Positions 45,901 to 55,913 of a stretch of 64,000 nucleotides of DNA are shown here, in pieces. Numbering within the stretch: the stretch's first letter is position 1; each line of letters opens with the position of its first letter. Source of the stretch: an uncultured delta proteobacterium (GTDB lineage: Bacteria > Myxococcota > Myxococcia > SLRQ01). The position numbers and the translations under genes are program-made. The DNA is taken from contig CAVSGM010000003.1 in assembly GCA_963727485.1 (NCBI GenBank), forward strand, positions 704,001-768,000, written 5' to 3'. The notes below the pieces were generated by a model. That model was not told the DNA's origin. It worked only from the letters and a program-made list of their open reading frames with translations, and made no database searches.

Positions 45901-48410
45901 CGCCAGAGCACCGCCCGCGACGATCGCATCCCCAGGCGGAAGGCGGTGTGCTCGGCGGAGGTCCACTCGAGCAGGTGCCGTCGGGTGAGGGTCATCCGCA
46001 CCAGCACCCGGACCACCGCGTCGAGCACCAGGGCCGCCTGGTGGGCGAGGAACGCGAGCGCCAGCAGATAGCGGGCCAGGCCCGCGGCGCGGCCGGGACC
46101 CGCGCCGGTGAGGGCGGGGAGGAAGGGAACCAGGAGCGCGGCCAGGGCGGCGAGGGTCCACACCCACGGCGAGCCCGGGAGCCAGGTCCAGGCCGAGACC
46201 AGGAGCGCGACGAGGCCCACGCTCGTCAGGCTCCGCCGGAGGTTGTCGACGATCTTCCAGCGGTCGATGAGCCGGAGCCGGTTGGGGATCCGCTCGCCGC
46301 CGCGCGTCGGGACCCGGGGCCGCAGCCAGGGCACCAGCTGCCAGTCGCCGCGCACCCATCGGTGGAGCCGTCGCGCCTGGGTGGCGTACCCCTGCGGGTA
46401 CTCCTCGAAGAGGACGATGTCGCTGGCCAGCGCGGTGCGGCCGTGGATCCCCTCGAAGAGATCGTGGCTGGAGAGGGCGTTGTCGGGGACCCGGCCCTCG
46501 AGGGTGCGGCTGAAGCCGTCGACGTCGTAGAGGCCCTTGCCGACGTAGATCGCCGAGGCGAAGAGGTCCTGGTAGGCGTCGGACACGGCGTGGGTGTAGA
46601 TGTCGAGGCCGACGTCGCCGGCGAAGATCCGCGAGAACCGGGTGTCGCGCGCGCTGGTGGGCGAGGTGTCGATGCGCGGCTGGACGATGGTGTACCCGGA
46701 GACGACGCGGCCGGTGGCGTCGTCGAAGACCGCGCGGTTGAGGGGGTGGGCGAGGAGCCCGACCAGGCGGGCGGCGCTGCCCATGGGCAGCTGGGTGTCG
46801 CTGTCGAGGGTGAGGACGAAGCGGATGCCCTCGAGGCCCCCGGGATCCCCGACATGCCGCTCGAAGCTGGTGTCGGCGTGCCCGCGGAGGAGCCGGTTGA
46901 GCTCCTCGAGCTTCCCCCGCTTGCGCTCCCACCCCATGAACCGGTCCTCCGACGGGTTCCACCGGGAGGTGCGGTGCAGGAGGTGGAAGGGGCCGACCCC
47001 GCCGGTGCCGTGCTTCTCGTTGAGCGCCGCAATCCCCCGGGCCGCGCGATCGAGGAGGGTCGGGTCCCGGGGGAGGGTCTTCGAGTCCACCTCGTCGGTG
47101 AGCAGGGCGAGGCCGATCCGGGGATCGGGGTTGGCGAGATGGTGCAGCTCGATCTGGCGGAGCACCGCGTCCACCTCGTCGGGGCGGCCGAGGAGGGTCG
47201 GGATCACCACCAGGGTCCGCGCGTCCTCGGGGAGGCCCCCGGAGAGGTCGAGCTTGGGCAGCGCCTGCGGCGGCAGGAGGTGCGCGAGCGCCCAGTGCAA
47301 GACCGCGACGGCCATGACCGACGCCGGCAGGAGGGCGAGGATCACCGCCAGGGCGATGGACCAGGGGGGCGCCTGGGACCGGGCGGCGTACCCCCCGGCG
47401 AGGGCCATCGGTGCCGCGGTGAGGAGGGCCAGCGACGCCAGGTAGGTCAGCGTGGGCCACCGCCGCAGGCCCCGGCGCACGCGCTCGAGGCCGCGGGGGC
47501 GATACCCGAGCTGCGCCTCCAGCACGCGCCGTCCGTCGTCGACGAGGTAGTAGCCGACGTGCCCGTGGCGCGGGTCGGGGTACCCGGCTCGCGCCAGCGC
47601 GATCGCGCGCCCCGCCACCTCCGCCTCGGGGACGCCGGTGGCCCAGGCGAGCGCCTCGACCCCCTTGCGGTAGGCATCACAGGTGGCGAACTCCATGCGC
47701 CCATAGACCTGGGCCGGGTCCTGGCGGAGGACGCGCTCGACCGAGCTGGTGTCCTCGAAGAACGCCAACCAGTCGATCTCCGCGAGCAGGCGCAGGGCCC
47801 GCACCGCCCGCTCCACACCGGCGCCCGGGTCGAGCTCGAGCTCGAAGGGCTCGGCCGGGCCGTCGTCGGCCTCGATCACGTGGAGGCCGGCGAGGAAGTG
47901 CAGCAGGCCGCGCAGCACCGACACCCGCAACATCGTCGGCAGCGCCCAGAGCTCGGCGATGGTGAGCGGCGAGATCTCCTGGTAGGCGTCGAGGTACCGC
48001 TCGAGGGCGGCCGGGTCGAGCTCGACGCCGCGCCCGACCACCAGCGCCCGCGCCAGGGCGTAGACCCGAGGCAGGCCCCGGGAGGGGCCCGAGGCGAGCT
48101 CGGGGAGGTGCCGGAGGAAGCCGCGCGGGAGCTCCTGGTCGATCTGTCGCGCCACGCGGCGAATCAGATAGTAGTTGTCGAGGAACCACTCGGCCGCCCG
48201 CTTCAGGGTCGGGTTGTCCGACTCGAGGCCGAGGAGGTGTTGCTCGGCCCGATCGAGGGCGTGGGCCATCGCCGACGGCTCGAGGAACCGGGTGACCGCG
48301 CGCCGGGCCCGGCACAGCTGGCGCTGGCCCTCGGCGAGCCCCCGGGCCTCCGCTTCGACGGCCGTCGCTTCCGCGGTCTCTTCGACGGTCGAGACCCGCG
48401 CGGGGTCCAT
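39995..48410 (-). CDS. ndvB: Cyclic beta-1,2-glucan synthase (GT84 plus GH94; NdvB/ChvB/Cgs type)
   Basis: About 2800 aa; GWERKRGKL, LDSD, SHDLFEG, RWVRGDWQ, QSSGAFGFRDQLQD, GDWNDGMN, ENGGQYTH; probable indel near 40080. Confidence 0.92.
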
Positions 48411-49489
48411 CAACGGGCCTCCGGCGAGTAGCTCGCCCGGGGCGGGGGCGCCACCTCCTCATCGCGCACGTCGGTGGTGCGCTCGAGCTCGAGCTCGGAG
48501 AGATCCTGCAGCACCAGGAGGGGGACGGCCGAGTTTGCCAGCAGGTGCGTGGTCACGTTTCCGAAGGGGCGGGCGGCGTTGCAGGTCACGCCGTGGGCGG
48601 AGAGGACGACGAGATCGGCCTGCTCCTTCTGGGCGAGCTCGAGGAGGAGCTGATGCGCGTCCCCATGCCGGACGACGAGGGCGCGCACCGAGGTGCCCTC
48701 CCGGGCGAGCTGGTCCCGAAGGTGATCCAGATAGCGCTGGGCGCTGGCGGCGAGACGGGTCGCCAGCTCCTGAGCCAGCGCCAGGTCCTCGGGGGCGCAG
48801 AGCACCCCCGTGGGCTGGGGCTCGACGATCACGTGGACCAGCAGCAGCTCCGCGTCATGGGCCTTGGCGATCCGCGCCGCCGTCGGCAACACGCTCTCGG
48901 TGCGGGCCGAGCCGTCGAGGGGGACGAGGATGTGCCTCGGGCACACCACCTCCGGGGCGGGCAGGGAGGAGCGGGCGACCAGGACCGAGTTTCGGGCCAC
49001 CGCGAGGACCTGCTGCACGGTGCTGCCCAGGTTCCAGGGCACCACGCCGCCCTCGCCGTGGCTCCCGAGCACGGTGAGATCGGCGCCCAGCTCCCGGGAG
49101 AGCGCGACGATCCGTTCGGCGGGGTGGCCCTGCTCGAGCCGGACGTCGACCTGCTGGCCGGTGGACTCCGCCGCCTGGCGGCCGACGCGCTCGAGGTAGT
49201 CGCTGGCCTCGTGCCGGGAGATCTCCCAGCCCACGGCGTTGGTGGCGTGGGGCCCCGCGCGCGGCCCCACGCGCTCCTGCCGCGCCTCCAGGACGTGCAG
49301 GAGGGTGAGCGCGCTGCCGAAGGTCTTGCTGATGCAGACCGCGTAGGGGAGGCACACCTCCGAGAACGGCGAGCGGTCCAGGCACACCAGCACCCGACGG
49401 ATGCCGTGGCCGCGGGCCGGCCGGATCGGCGTGGATGAGCGGGTCGCCCTCCGAGGGGGGCGCGGTGAGGGTTCAGACCAGGTCCCCAT
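48410..49489 (-). CDS. Tandem universal stress protein
   Basis: VLVCLDRS, LGSHG...LGS, ILVPLDGS, LSAHG; TGATG overlap with ndvB. Confidence 0.88.
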   Translation of the reverse strand: MGTWSEPSPRPPRRATRSSTPIRPARGHGIRRVLVCLDRSPFSEVCLPYAVCISKTFGSALTLLHVLEARQERVGPRAGPHATNAVGWEISRHEASDYLERVGRQAAESTGQQVDVRLEQGHPAERIVALSRELGADLTVLGSHGEGGVVPWNLGSTVQQVLAVARNSVLVARSSLPAPEVVCPRHILVPLDGSARTESVLPTAARIAKAHDAELLLVHVIVEPQPTGVLCAPEDLALAQELATRLAASAQRYLDHLRDQLAREGTSVRALVVRHGDAHQLLLELAQKEQADLVVLSAHGVTCNAARPFGNVTTHLLANSAVPLLVLQDLSELELERTTDVRDEEVAPPPRASYSPEAR

Positions 49490-49667
49490 GGTCTGACGTG
49501 GCTACAAGAAGCCTGCCAGGAGCGAGGTGCTGGGCAGGAACCCGACCTGCGCGTCCGAAACCCCAGCGGGGGGCGGGGGACGGGGCGGGGCGGCCCGCGG
49601 GAGGGGGCACCGATTGCCCGGGTCGGACGGGCTCCGGTGCACACTCTGCGGACAGGGGCACCTGCCC

Positions 49668-50087
49668 CTAGTGCCGCTTCGTCGCCTCCACGTAGCGCAG
49701 GCGCAGGTCGTAGAGCAGGGCGTCGAGGTAGCTCGCCTCGTCCCGGTCGAGGTTGCCCTGGGTCTTGTCCCGGAGCATGGCGAGCATGTCGATGGTCTGC
49801 TTGGCCATGGTCAGGTTGGGCTCGGGGGCGTGGGTGTCGGGGTGGGGCGAATCGCCGAGGTGGACGAGCGCCGAGGAGCCGAGCGAGAGGACGAAGGTGG
49901 TGAAGTCCATCTCCGGGGCGGGGCGGCGGGGGCCCTCCTCGGCGGCGGCGTCGGCGCGGCGCGCGGCGTCGTCCATGGCGGCCTGGCTGGGGCGGGGTGG
50001 GGCGCCGGGCTCATCGTCGAGGTGCACCCGCCGGTGGTCGGTGACCTTGAACGCCGGCTCCTGCTCGTCCCTGTCCTTGTCGGCCAT
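49668..50087 (-). CDS. DUF1844 protein
   Basis: FTTFVLSLGSSALVHLG, AKQTIDMLAMLRDKTQGNL. Confidence 0.85.
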   Translation of the reverse strand: MADKDRDEQEPAFKVTDHRRVHLDDEPGAPPRPSQAAMDDAARRADAAAEEGPRRPAPEMDFTTFVLSLGSSALVHLGDSPHPDTHAPEPNLTMAKQTIDMLAMLRDKTQGNLDRDEASYLDALLYDLRLRYVEATKRH

Positions 50088-50140
50088 GTGCGCTCCTCCG
50101 ATCGTCGATGGTAGGCAGGACCACGCCAGGTGGCAATGGT

Positions 50141-50947
50141 TCAGCCGAGGACCTCGGGGTCGAGGTCCACGCCCACCGGGCAGTGGTCCGAGCCCATCAC
50201 CTCGGGCTGGTGGAAGCCCCGGCGGACATGGCGCATGGCGCTCGGCGCGGCCAGGACGTAGTCGATGCGCCACCCCACGTTCCGCTCCCGGACGCCCTGG
50301 CGGTTGCTCCACCAGGTGTAGTGGCCGCCTGCGGGCTCGAAGTGGCGGAAGGTGTCGACCCAGCCGGCGGCGAGCCACTGGTCGAGGGCCTCGCGCTCCT
50401 CGGGGAGGAAGCCGCTGGTCTCCCGGTTGCCCTGGGGGCGGGCGAGGTCGATCTCGCGGTGGGCGGTGTTGAAGTCGCCCATCACCAGCACCCGGTAGCC
50501 GCCCTTCCGCAGGCGCTGGAGGCGGTCGAAGAGGGCGGCGTAGAACTCGAGCTTGTAGGGGACCCGGCTGTTGTCCCGGTCCTTGCCGCTGCCGTTGGGG
50601 AAGTAGACGTTGGCGACCACCAGCTTGCCGAAGCGCGCGATCTGGAGGCGGCCCTCGGCGTCGAAGCGGTCCTCGCCCAGGGAGGTGTCGAGGCGGTCGG
50701 GGGCGCGGGTCATGTAGAGGCCCACGCCGGAGTAGCCCTTGCGCTCGGCGGCGACGAAGTGGGCCTGGTAGCCCGTCGGCGCGCGGACCGCCTCGGGGAG
50801 GACGTCCTCGGTGGCGCGCACCTCCTGGACCCCCACGGCGAAGGCGGGCTCCCGGTCGAGCCAGTCCACGAAGTGGCCCTTGCGGTGGGCGGCGCGCAGG
50901 CCGTTGACGTTCCAGGAGAGGATGCGGATCGGGCGGGGGCGGGACAT
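50141..50947 (-). CDS. xth: Exodeoxyribonuclease III
   Basis: SWNVNGLRA, GYSGV, GDFNTAH, GWRIDY, SDHCP. Confidence 0.95.
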   Translation of the reverse strand: MSRPRPIRILSWNVNGLRAAHRKGHFVDWLDREPAFAVGVQEVRATEDVLPEAVRAPTGYQAHFVAAERKGYSGVGLYMTRAPDRLDTSLGEDRFDAEGRLQIARFGKLVVANVYFPNGSGKDRDNSRVPYKLEFYAALFDRLQRLRKGGYRVLVMGDFNTAHREIDLARPQGNRETSGFLPEEREALDQWLAAGWVDTFRHFEPAGGHYTWWSNRQGVRERNVGWRIDYVLAAPSAMRHVRRGFHQPEVMGSDHCPVGVDLDPEVLG

Positions 50948-51013
50948 GATCGCCGCCGATATAGCATCCCCGAGAGGGGTCCGCGACCGGTGGCGCCGTG
51001 GTACCGTCCGCCG

Positions 51014-51607
51014 ATGCTCGCCGCCGGCTGGGACATGCAGGTCGTTCGCGCCGCCACCGAGGCCGCCCATGGCCCCGGCGTCGGCGCCGCGATCCTCGCC
51101 ACGGTGGCCCGGAGCCTCTCGGCCCGGTGGTTCCCCTTCGTGGTCCTCGCCATCCTCCTGGCGATCGCCGTCCGCCGGCGGACCCGCCGGTCGGTGCTGG
51201 CGGTCCTCGCCCCCCTCGCCGCCATCGGCATCTGCGACCCGGTGAACAGCCAGATCTTCAAGCACCTCTTCCACCGGCTGCGCCCCTGCCACGCCGACGC
51301 CGCGCTGCGCACCCTGGTCCACTGCGGGCCCGGGTTCTCCTTCCCCTCGAGCCACGCCGCCAACGGCGCCGCCGCCACCTGCGCCCTGATCCTGGCCCTG
51401 CGCCCGCGGTGGCCTTCGGCCCTGGCCCTCGGCGCCATCGGCCTCTCGGTGGGCCTCTCGCGCATCGTGGTCGGGGTCCACTACCCCACCGACGTCCTCG
51501 GCGGGTGGGGGTGGGGCGCGGTGGCGGGGACGGTTGCCTACCTGCTGATGCGCCGGCTGATGGGCCTGGTGCCGCCAGGGGTGTTCCGGCGGCCCGAGTC
51601 GGGGTAG
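51014..51607 (+). CDS. PAP2 phosphatase
   Basis: KHLFHRLRP, SFPSSH, SRIVVGVHYPTD. Confidence 0.9.
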   Translation: MLAAGWDMQVVRAATEAAHGPGVGAAILATVARSLSARWFPFVVLAILLAIAVRRRTRRSVLAVLAPLAAIGICDPVNSQIFKHLFHRLRPCHADAALRTLVHCGPGFSFPSSHAANGAAATCALILALRPRWPSALALGAIGLSVGLSRIVVGVHYPTDVLGGWGWGAVAGTVAYLLMRRLMGLVPPGVFRRPESG

Positions 51608-51630
51608 AAGGTCCGGCGAAAGGAGCCCGC

Positions 51631-52155
51631 ATGTCCAAGGTTGCGCAGGGCAAGGTCATCGACATCGAGTACACCCTCACCCTCGAGGACGGAGAGGTGG
51701 CCGACGCCACCGACGGTGAGCCCGTGGTCTACCTCCACGGCGCCGGCGAGATCCTCCCCGGTCTGGAGAAGGTCCTGGAGGGCCACGCGGTCGGGGACAA
51801 GGTCACCGTCACCCTCGCGCCCCCGGACGCCTACGGCGAGTACGACGCGGACCTCACCGCCGACGTGCCCCGGGACGCCTTCCCCGACGGCGCCGAGATC
51901 GAGGAGGGCGACGAGGTCGATCTGGTCTCCGACGACGGCGACGACATGACCGGCTGGATCGAGTCCTTCGACGACGAGAACGTCCACGTGGACCTGGACC
52001 ACCCCCTCGCCGGCGAGACCCTCACCATCGTCGCCGAGGTCATGGCCATCCGCGACGCCACCCCGGAGGAGGTCGCCCACGGGCACGCCCACGATCCCTT
52101 CGAGGAGGACGAGGAGGGTGGCGAGGACGACGAGAAGAACGGCGTCATCCACTGA
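51631..52155 (+). CDS. slyD: FKBP-type peptidyl-prolyl isomerase
   Basis: YLHGAGEILPGLE, DLDHPLAG, His/acidic tail. Confidence 0.92.
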   Translation: MSKVAQGKVIDIEYTLTLEDGEVADATDGEPVVYLHGAGEILPGLEKVLEGHAVGDKVTVTLAPPDAYGEYDADLTADVPRDAFPDGAEIEEGDEVDLVSDDGDDMTGWIESFDDENVHVDLDHPLAGETLTIVAEVMAIRDATPEEVAHGHAHDPFEEDEEGGEDDEKNGVIH

Positions 52156-52189
52156 CGCCCGTCGCGCCTGGCCCAGCGGCAGGTGATCG

Positions 52190-53359
52190 TCAGCGCAGCG
52201 GCTCGGTCCCCTGGGCGAGCAACGCCAGGTACGGGTCGTAGGCAAACAGACGGTCCCGCTTCCGCCCGGTGATCTCCCGGAGGAGCCCCAGGTCGATCAT
52301 TCGGGCGAAGGCCGCGCCGACCGTCGGGGCCGAGAGGCCGGTCTCGCGGGCGCCAGCCTGAACCGAGAGCAGGGGCCGCTTCTGCATCACCTCGTGGACC
52401 TGGAGCGCCGAACCCGCGGTGCGGCCGAGGGTCTGGAGTCGCTGGCGATCGCGGTTGAACAGGTCGAGTGCCCCGCGTGCGGTGTCCACCGCCTGGCGCG
52501 AGGTGGCGAGGACGCCCTCCAGGAAGAAGCGGAGCCACGCCTCCCACTCGCCGTGGGTCCGGACGCGCTGCAGGCGCTCGTAGTACTCCTCGCGGTGCTG
52601 TTTGAAGTGAAGGGAGAGGTAGAGGATCGGCTCCGAGAGCGCCGCGCCGGCGCAGAGCAGGAAGGTGATGAGCAGGCGGCCCAGGCGCCCGTTCCCGTCG
52701 AGGAACGGGTGGATGGTCTCGAACTGCGCGTGGGCCAGGGCGGCCTTGATGAGCAGGGGCGTGGGCTCGGGGTCGTCGTGGAGGAAGCGCTCGAGGGGAT
52801 CGAGGCAGTCCATGAGCCGGGCCGGCGGCGGGGGCACGTAGCGCGCGTTGCCCGGTCGGCTGCCACCGATCCAGTTCTGGGTTCGCCGGAACTCCCCCGG
52901 CGTCTTGTCGCTCCCGCGGCCGGCCGCCAGCATCACGCCGTGGATCTCGCGGATGAGCCGGAGCGAGAGGGGGAAGCCCTCCTTGAGACGCGCGAGCCCG
53001 TGCTCCATGGCGCGGACGTAGTTGACCACCTCCACCACGTCGTCGAGAGGCGTGCCGGGGACGCCGTCGGCCTCGTGTGCCAGGAGGTCCGAGAGGGACG
53101 ACTGGGTCCCCTCGATCTGCGACGAGAGGACCGCCTCCTTGCGCACGTAGTTGTAGACGAAGAGCGAGGTGTCCGGCAGGACGGTGGCCAGGCCGTCGAG
53201 ACGGCCGAGGGCCAGGTTGGCCTGACCGAGCAGCTCGTGGTCCGCCGCGCGGAGTGCCAGCGGCGGCCGGGGCGGCAGGGGGTGGGGGACGAACGCCCGT
53301 ACCGCCTCGCCCCCGGTGTCGGTCGTCACCCAGTCGCCCGAGGGCGCGTCACGCGCCAT
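52190..53359 (-). CDS. Fic family protein with C-terminal HTH
   Basis: SSQIEG inhibitory motif, HPFLDGNGRLGR. Confidence 0.92.
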   Translation of the reverse strand: MARDAPSGDWVTTDTGGEAVRAFVPHPLPPRPPLALRAADHELLGQANLALGRLDGLATVLPDTSLFVYNYVRKEAVLSSQIEGTQSSLSDLLAHEADGVPGTPLDDVVEVVNYVRAMEHGLARLKEGFPLSLRLIREIHGVMLAAGRGSDKTPGEFRRTQNWIGGSRPGNARYVPPPPARLMDCLDPLERFLHDDPEPTPLLIKAALAHAQFETIHPFLDGNGRLGRLLITFLLCAGAALSEPILYLSLHFKQHREEYYERLQRVRTHGEWEAWLRFFLEGVLATSRQAVDTARGALDLFNRDRQRLQTLGRTAGSALQVHEVMQKRPLLSVQAGARETGLSAPTVGAAFARMIDLGLLREITGRKRDRLFAYDPYLALLAQGTEPLR

Positions 53360-53492
53360 GGCGCACCGGGTAATAAAGGGACGTTCTTGTCACCGACGGA
53401 TAGGAAAGAATAGGCACTTATCTTTCTTAACGCCGGGTACCAGGCCGGTCAATTCGAATGGGGGGCTCCACTGACCGCGCCGGCCGATCCGG

Positions 53493-53924
53493 TCAGTCGT
53501 CGCGGCCGACCGGACGGCGCCCCTGCTTCACCTGGCCCCGGGCCTTCTTGCCCTTGATGCGCCGCTCCTTGGAGCCCTTGGTGGGCCTGGTCGGCTTGCG
53601 GCGCTTGGGCGGCACCAGGGCCCGGCGCACCAGCGCCGCCAGGTCCTCCCGGGCCGCCTCGAGGTTCCGGGGCTGGTCCCGGTAGGCGCCGCGGACGAGC
53701 ACCACGCGGCCCTCGGCGTCGAGGCGGCTCGGGCCCGCGAGCTTGCGCAGGCGCGCCTTCACCGGGGGCGCCAGCGCCTCGCAGCCCTCGAGGTCGAAGC
53801 GCAGGTCGACCTTGGAGGCGACCTTGTTCACGTTCTGCCCCCCGGGGCCGCTCGACCGCACGGCGGTCCACGAGAGGTCGGCGGCGGGGAGGGTGATCCG
53901 GCTGGAGATGCGCAGGGGGTCCAT
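53493..53924 (-). CDS. arfB: Alternative ribosome rescue factor B
   Basis: RSSGPGGQNVNKV, basic C-terminal tail. Confidence 0.93.
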   Translation of the reverse strand: MDPLRISSRITLPAADLSWTAVRSSGPGGQNVNKVASKVDLRFDLEGCEALAPPVKARLRKLAGPSRLDAEGRVVLVRGAYRDQPRNLEAAREDLAALVRRALVPPKRRKPTRPTKGSKERRIKGKKARGQVKQGRRPVGRDD

Positions 53925-54012
53925 GACGGGCCCCGATATAGCGCGCCGGGCGCGAGGATGCGAACGCACCGCCCTTGCCCCCGCGGGCCCTGGCGGCGAT
54001 CCTCGGGGACCC

Positions 54013-54726
54013 GTGAGCACCCTCGAGCGCATCACCGACGACCTGGTCCAAGACCTCTCGCGCCTCCGCTTCGGCCCGCCGGTCACCCACGTCTACGACC
54101 CCCTGGTCTACGCGCGCCGGGCCTGGGACCGGTACTGCACCCGGTACGGCCGCGGCCGCCGGGAGGTGCTGCTCCTCGGCATGAACCCCGGGCCCTTCGG
54201 CATGGGGCAGGTGGGCGTGCCCTTCGGCGAGGTGAACCTGGTGCGCGACTGGCTCGGGATCGAGGCGCCCATCGGGAAGCCCGAGCCCGAGCACCCCAAG
54301 CGGCCCATCCAGGGCTTCGCCTGCACCCGCAGCGAGGTGAGCGGCGCCCGGCTCTGGGGGTGGGCGCGGGACACGTTTGGCACCGCCGAGGCGTTCTTCG
54401 AGCGGTTCTTCGTCGCCAACTACTGCCCCCTGGTGTTCATGGAGGACAGCGGGCGCAACCGCACGCCCGACAAGCTGCCGGCGGACGAGCGCGAGCCGCT
54501 CTTCGAGGCCTGCGACCGGGCCCTCGAGCGGACCATCGACCACTTCCGGCCCCAGCGGGTCATCGGCGTCGGGGCCTTCGCCGAGGGGCGGGCGCGGGCG
54601 GTGGTCGGGGACGACGGGCCCAAGGTCGGCCGCATCCTCCACCCGAGCCCGGCGAGCCCCAAGGCGAACCGCGGCTGGGCCGCCGAGGCCACCCGGGAGC
54701 TGAAGGCCCTCGGCGTGAAGCTCTAG
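54013..54726 (+). CDS. SMUG1-type uracil-DNA glycosylase
   Basis: GMNPGPFGM, GVPFG, SEVSG, HPSP. Confidence 0.9.
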   Translation: MSTLERITDDLVQDLSRLRFGPPVTHVYDPLVYARRAWDRYCTRYGRGRREVLLLGMNPGPFGMGQVGVPFGEVNLVRDWLGIEAPIGKPEPEHPKRPIQGFACTRSEVSGARLWGWARDTFGTAEAFFERFFVANYCPLVFMEDSGRNRTPDKLPADEREPLFEACDRALERTIDHFRPQRVIGVGAFAEGRARAVVGDDGPKVGRILHPSPASPKANRGWAAEATRELKALGVKL

Positions 54727-54773
54727 CGCCGCCCCGGTTGGCCTTTGGCCCCGCGCCGGGATAGACAGGCCCC

Positions 54774-55913
54774 ATGGATACCTGGGACCGCCTCCGCGTC
54801 GAGTTCGCCGAAGTCCGCAAGCAGTGGGTCTACCTGGACCACGCCGCCGTCGCGCCCCTGCCGCGCCGGTGCACCGACGCCATCGCCGGCTACTGCTACG
54901 AGCTCGGGTCAAACGGCGACGCCCACTACCCCGACTACGCCTTCGGGGGCCTGATGCGCGCCCGGCAGCTCGGCGCCGAGCTCCTCCACACCGACCCGGG
55001 GCACGTGTTCATCGTGCGCTGCACCACCCAGGGCCTGGGCCTCGCCGCCAGCGGCCTCGAGGCGGACGAGGGCGACAACGTGGTCCTGGTCGAGGGCGAG
55101 TTCCCGGCGAACATCCGGCCGTGGCTGGCGCAGCGCCGCCGGGGCGTCGAGGTCCGGTTCGTGAAGATGGCCCAAGGCCGCGTCCCCCTCGACGCCCTCG
55201 CCGCCGCCGTCGACGACCGCACCCGGGCGGTGAGCGTGAGCTACGTGCAGTTCGGCACCGGCTTCCGCATCGAGCTGGCCAAGGTCGCCGAGCTGTGCCG
55301 CCGCCACGACGCCCTCTTCGTGGTCGACGCCATCCAGGGCCTCGGACCCTTCCCCGTCGACGTGGGGCGTGACGGCGTCGACTTCCTCGCCGCCGACAGC
55401 CACAAGTGGCTGCTGGGCCCCGAGGGCGTGGGCCTGGGCTACGCCTCCGACCGGGCCCTGGAGCGCATCCACCCGGCGGTGGAGGGGTGGATGGGCCTGG
55501 CCAACCCCTTCGACTTCTCCGATCCCGAGCAGCCGCTGGCCGCCGACGCCGGGCGCTACCACGACGGCGCCTTCAACTTCGCGGGCATCTTCGGGATGAA
55601 CGGGAGCCTGGAGCTGTTCACCGAGCGGGGCGTCGACGCCTTCACCGAGCGGCTCCTGATGCTCACCGACCACCTCTGCGAGGGCCTCAAGGGCCGGGGC
55701 TTCGACATCCTCTCGCCCAGAGACACCGAGCAGGAGAAGTCGGGCATCGTCATCACCCACCGCGACGACGTGGACCCGGCGCACGTGGCCACCCGGCTCA
55801 AGGACGAGGGCTTCCTCGTCAGCGTCCGCGCCGGGGGCCTGCGCCTCTCGCCCCACGCCTACACCACCACCGACGAGCTCGACGCCCTGGTGAAGGCCCT
55901 GCCGGCGCCCTAG
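54774..55913 (+). CDS. Class V PLP aminotransferase
   Basis: YLDHAA, VDAIQ, SHKW, RLSPH. Confidence 0.9.
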   Translation: MDTWDRLRVEFAEVRKQWVYLDHAAVAPLPRRCTDAIAGYCYELGSNGDAHYPDYAFGGLMRARQLGAELLHTDPGHVFIVRCTTQGLGLAASGLEADEGDNVVLVEGEFPANIRPWLAQRRRGVEVRFVKMAQGRVPLDALAAAVDDRTRAVSVSYVQFGTGFRIELAKVAELCRRHDALFVVDAIQGLGPFPVDVGRDGVDFLAADSHKWLLGPEGVGLGYASDRALERIHPAVEGWMGLANPFDFSDPEQPLAADAGRYHDGAFNFAGIFGMNGSLELFTERGVDAFTERLLMLTDHLCEGLKGRGFDILSPRDTEQEKSGIVITHRDDVDPAHVATRLKDEGFLVSVRAGGLRLSPHAYTTTDELDALVKALPAP

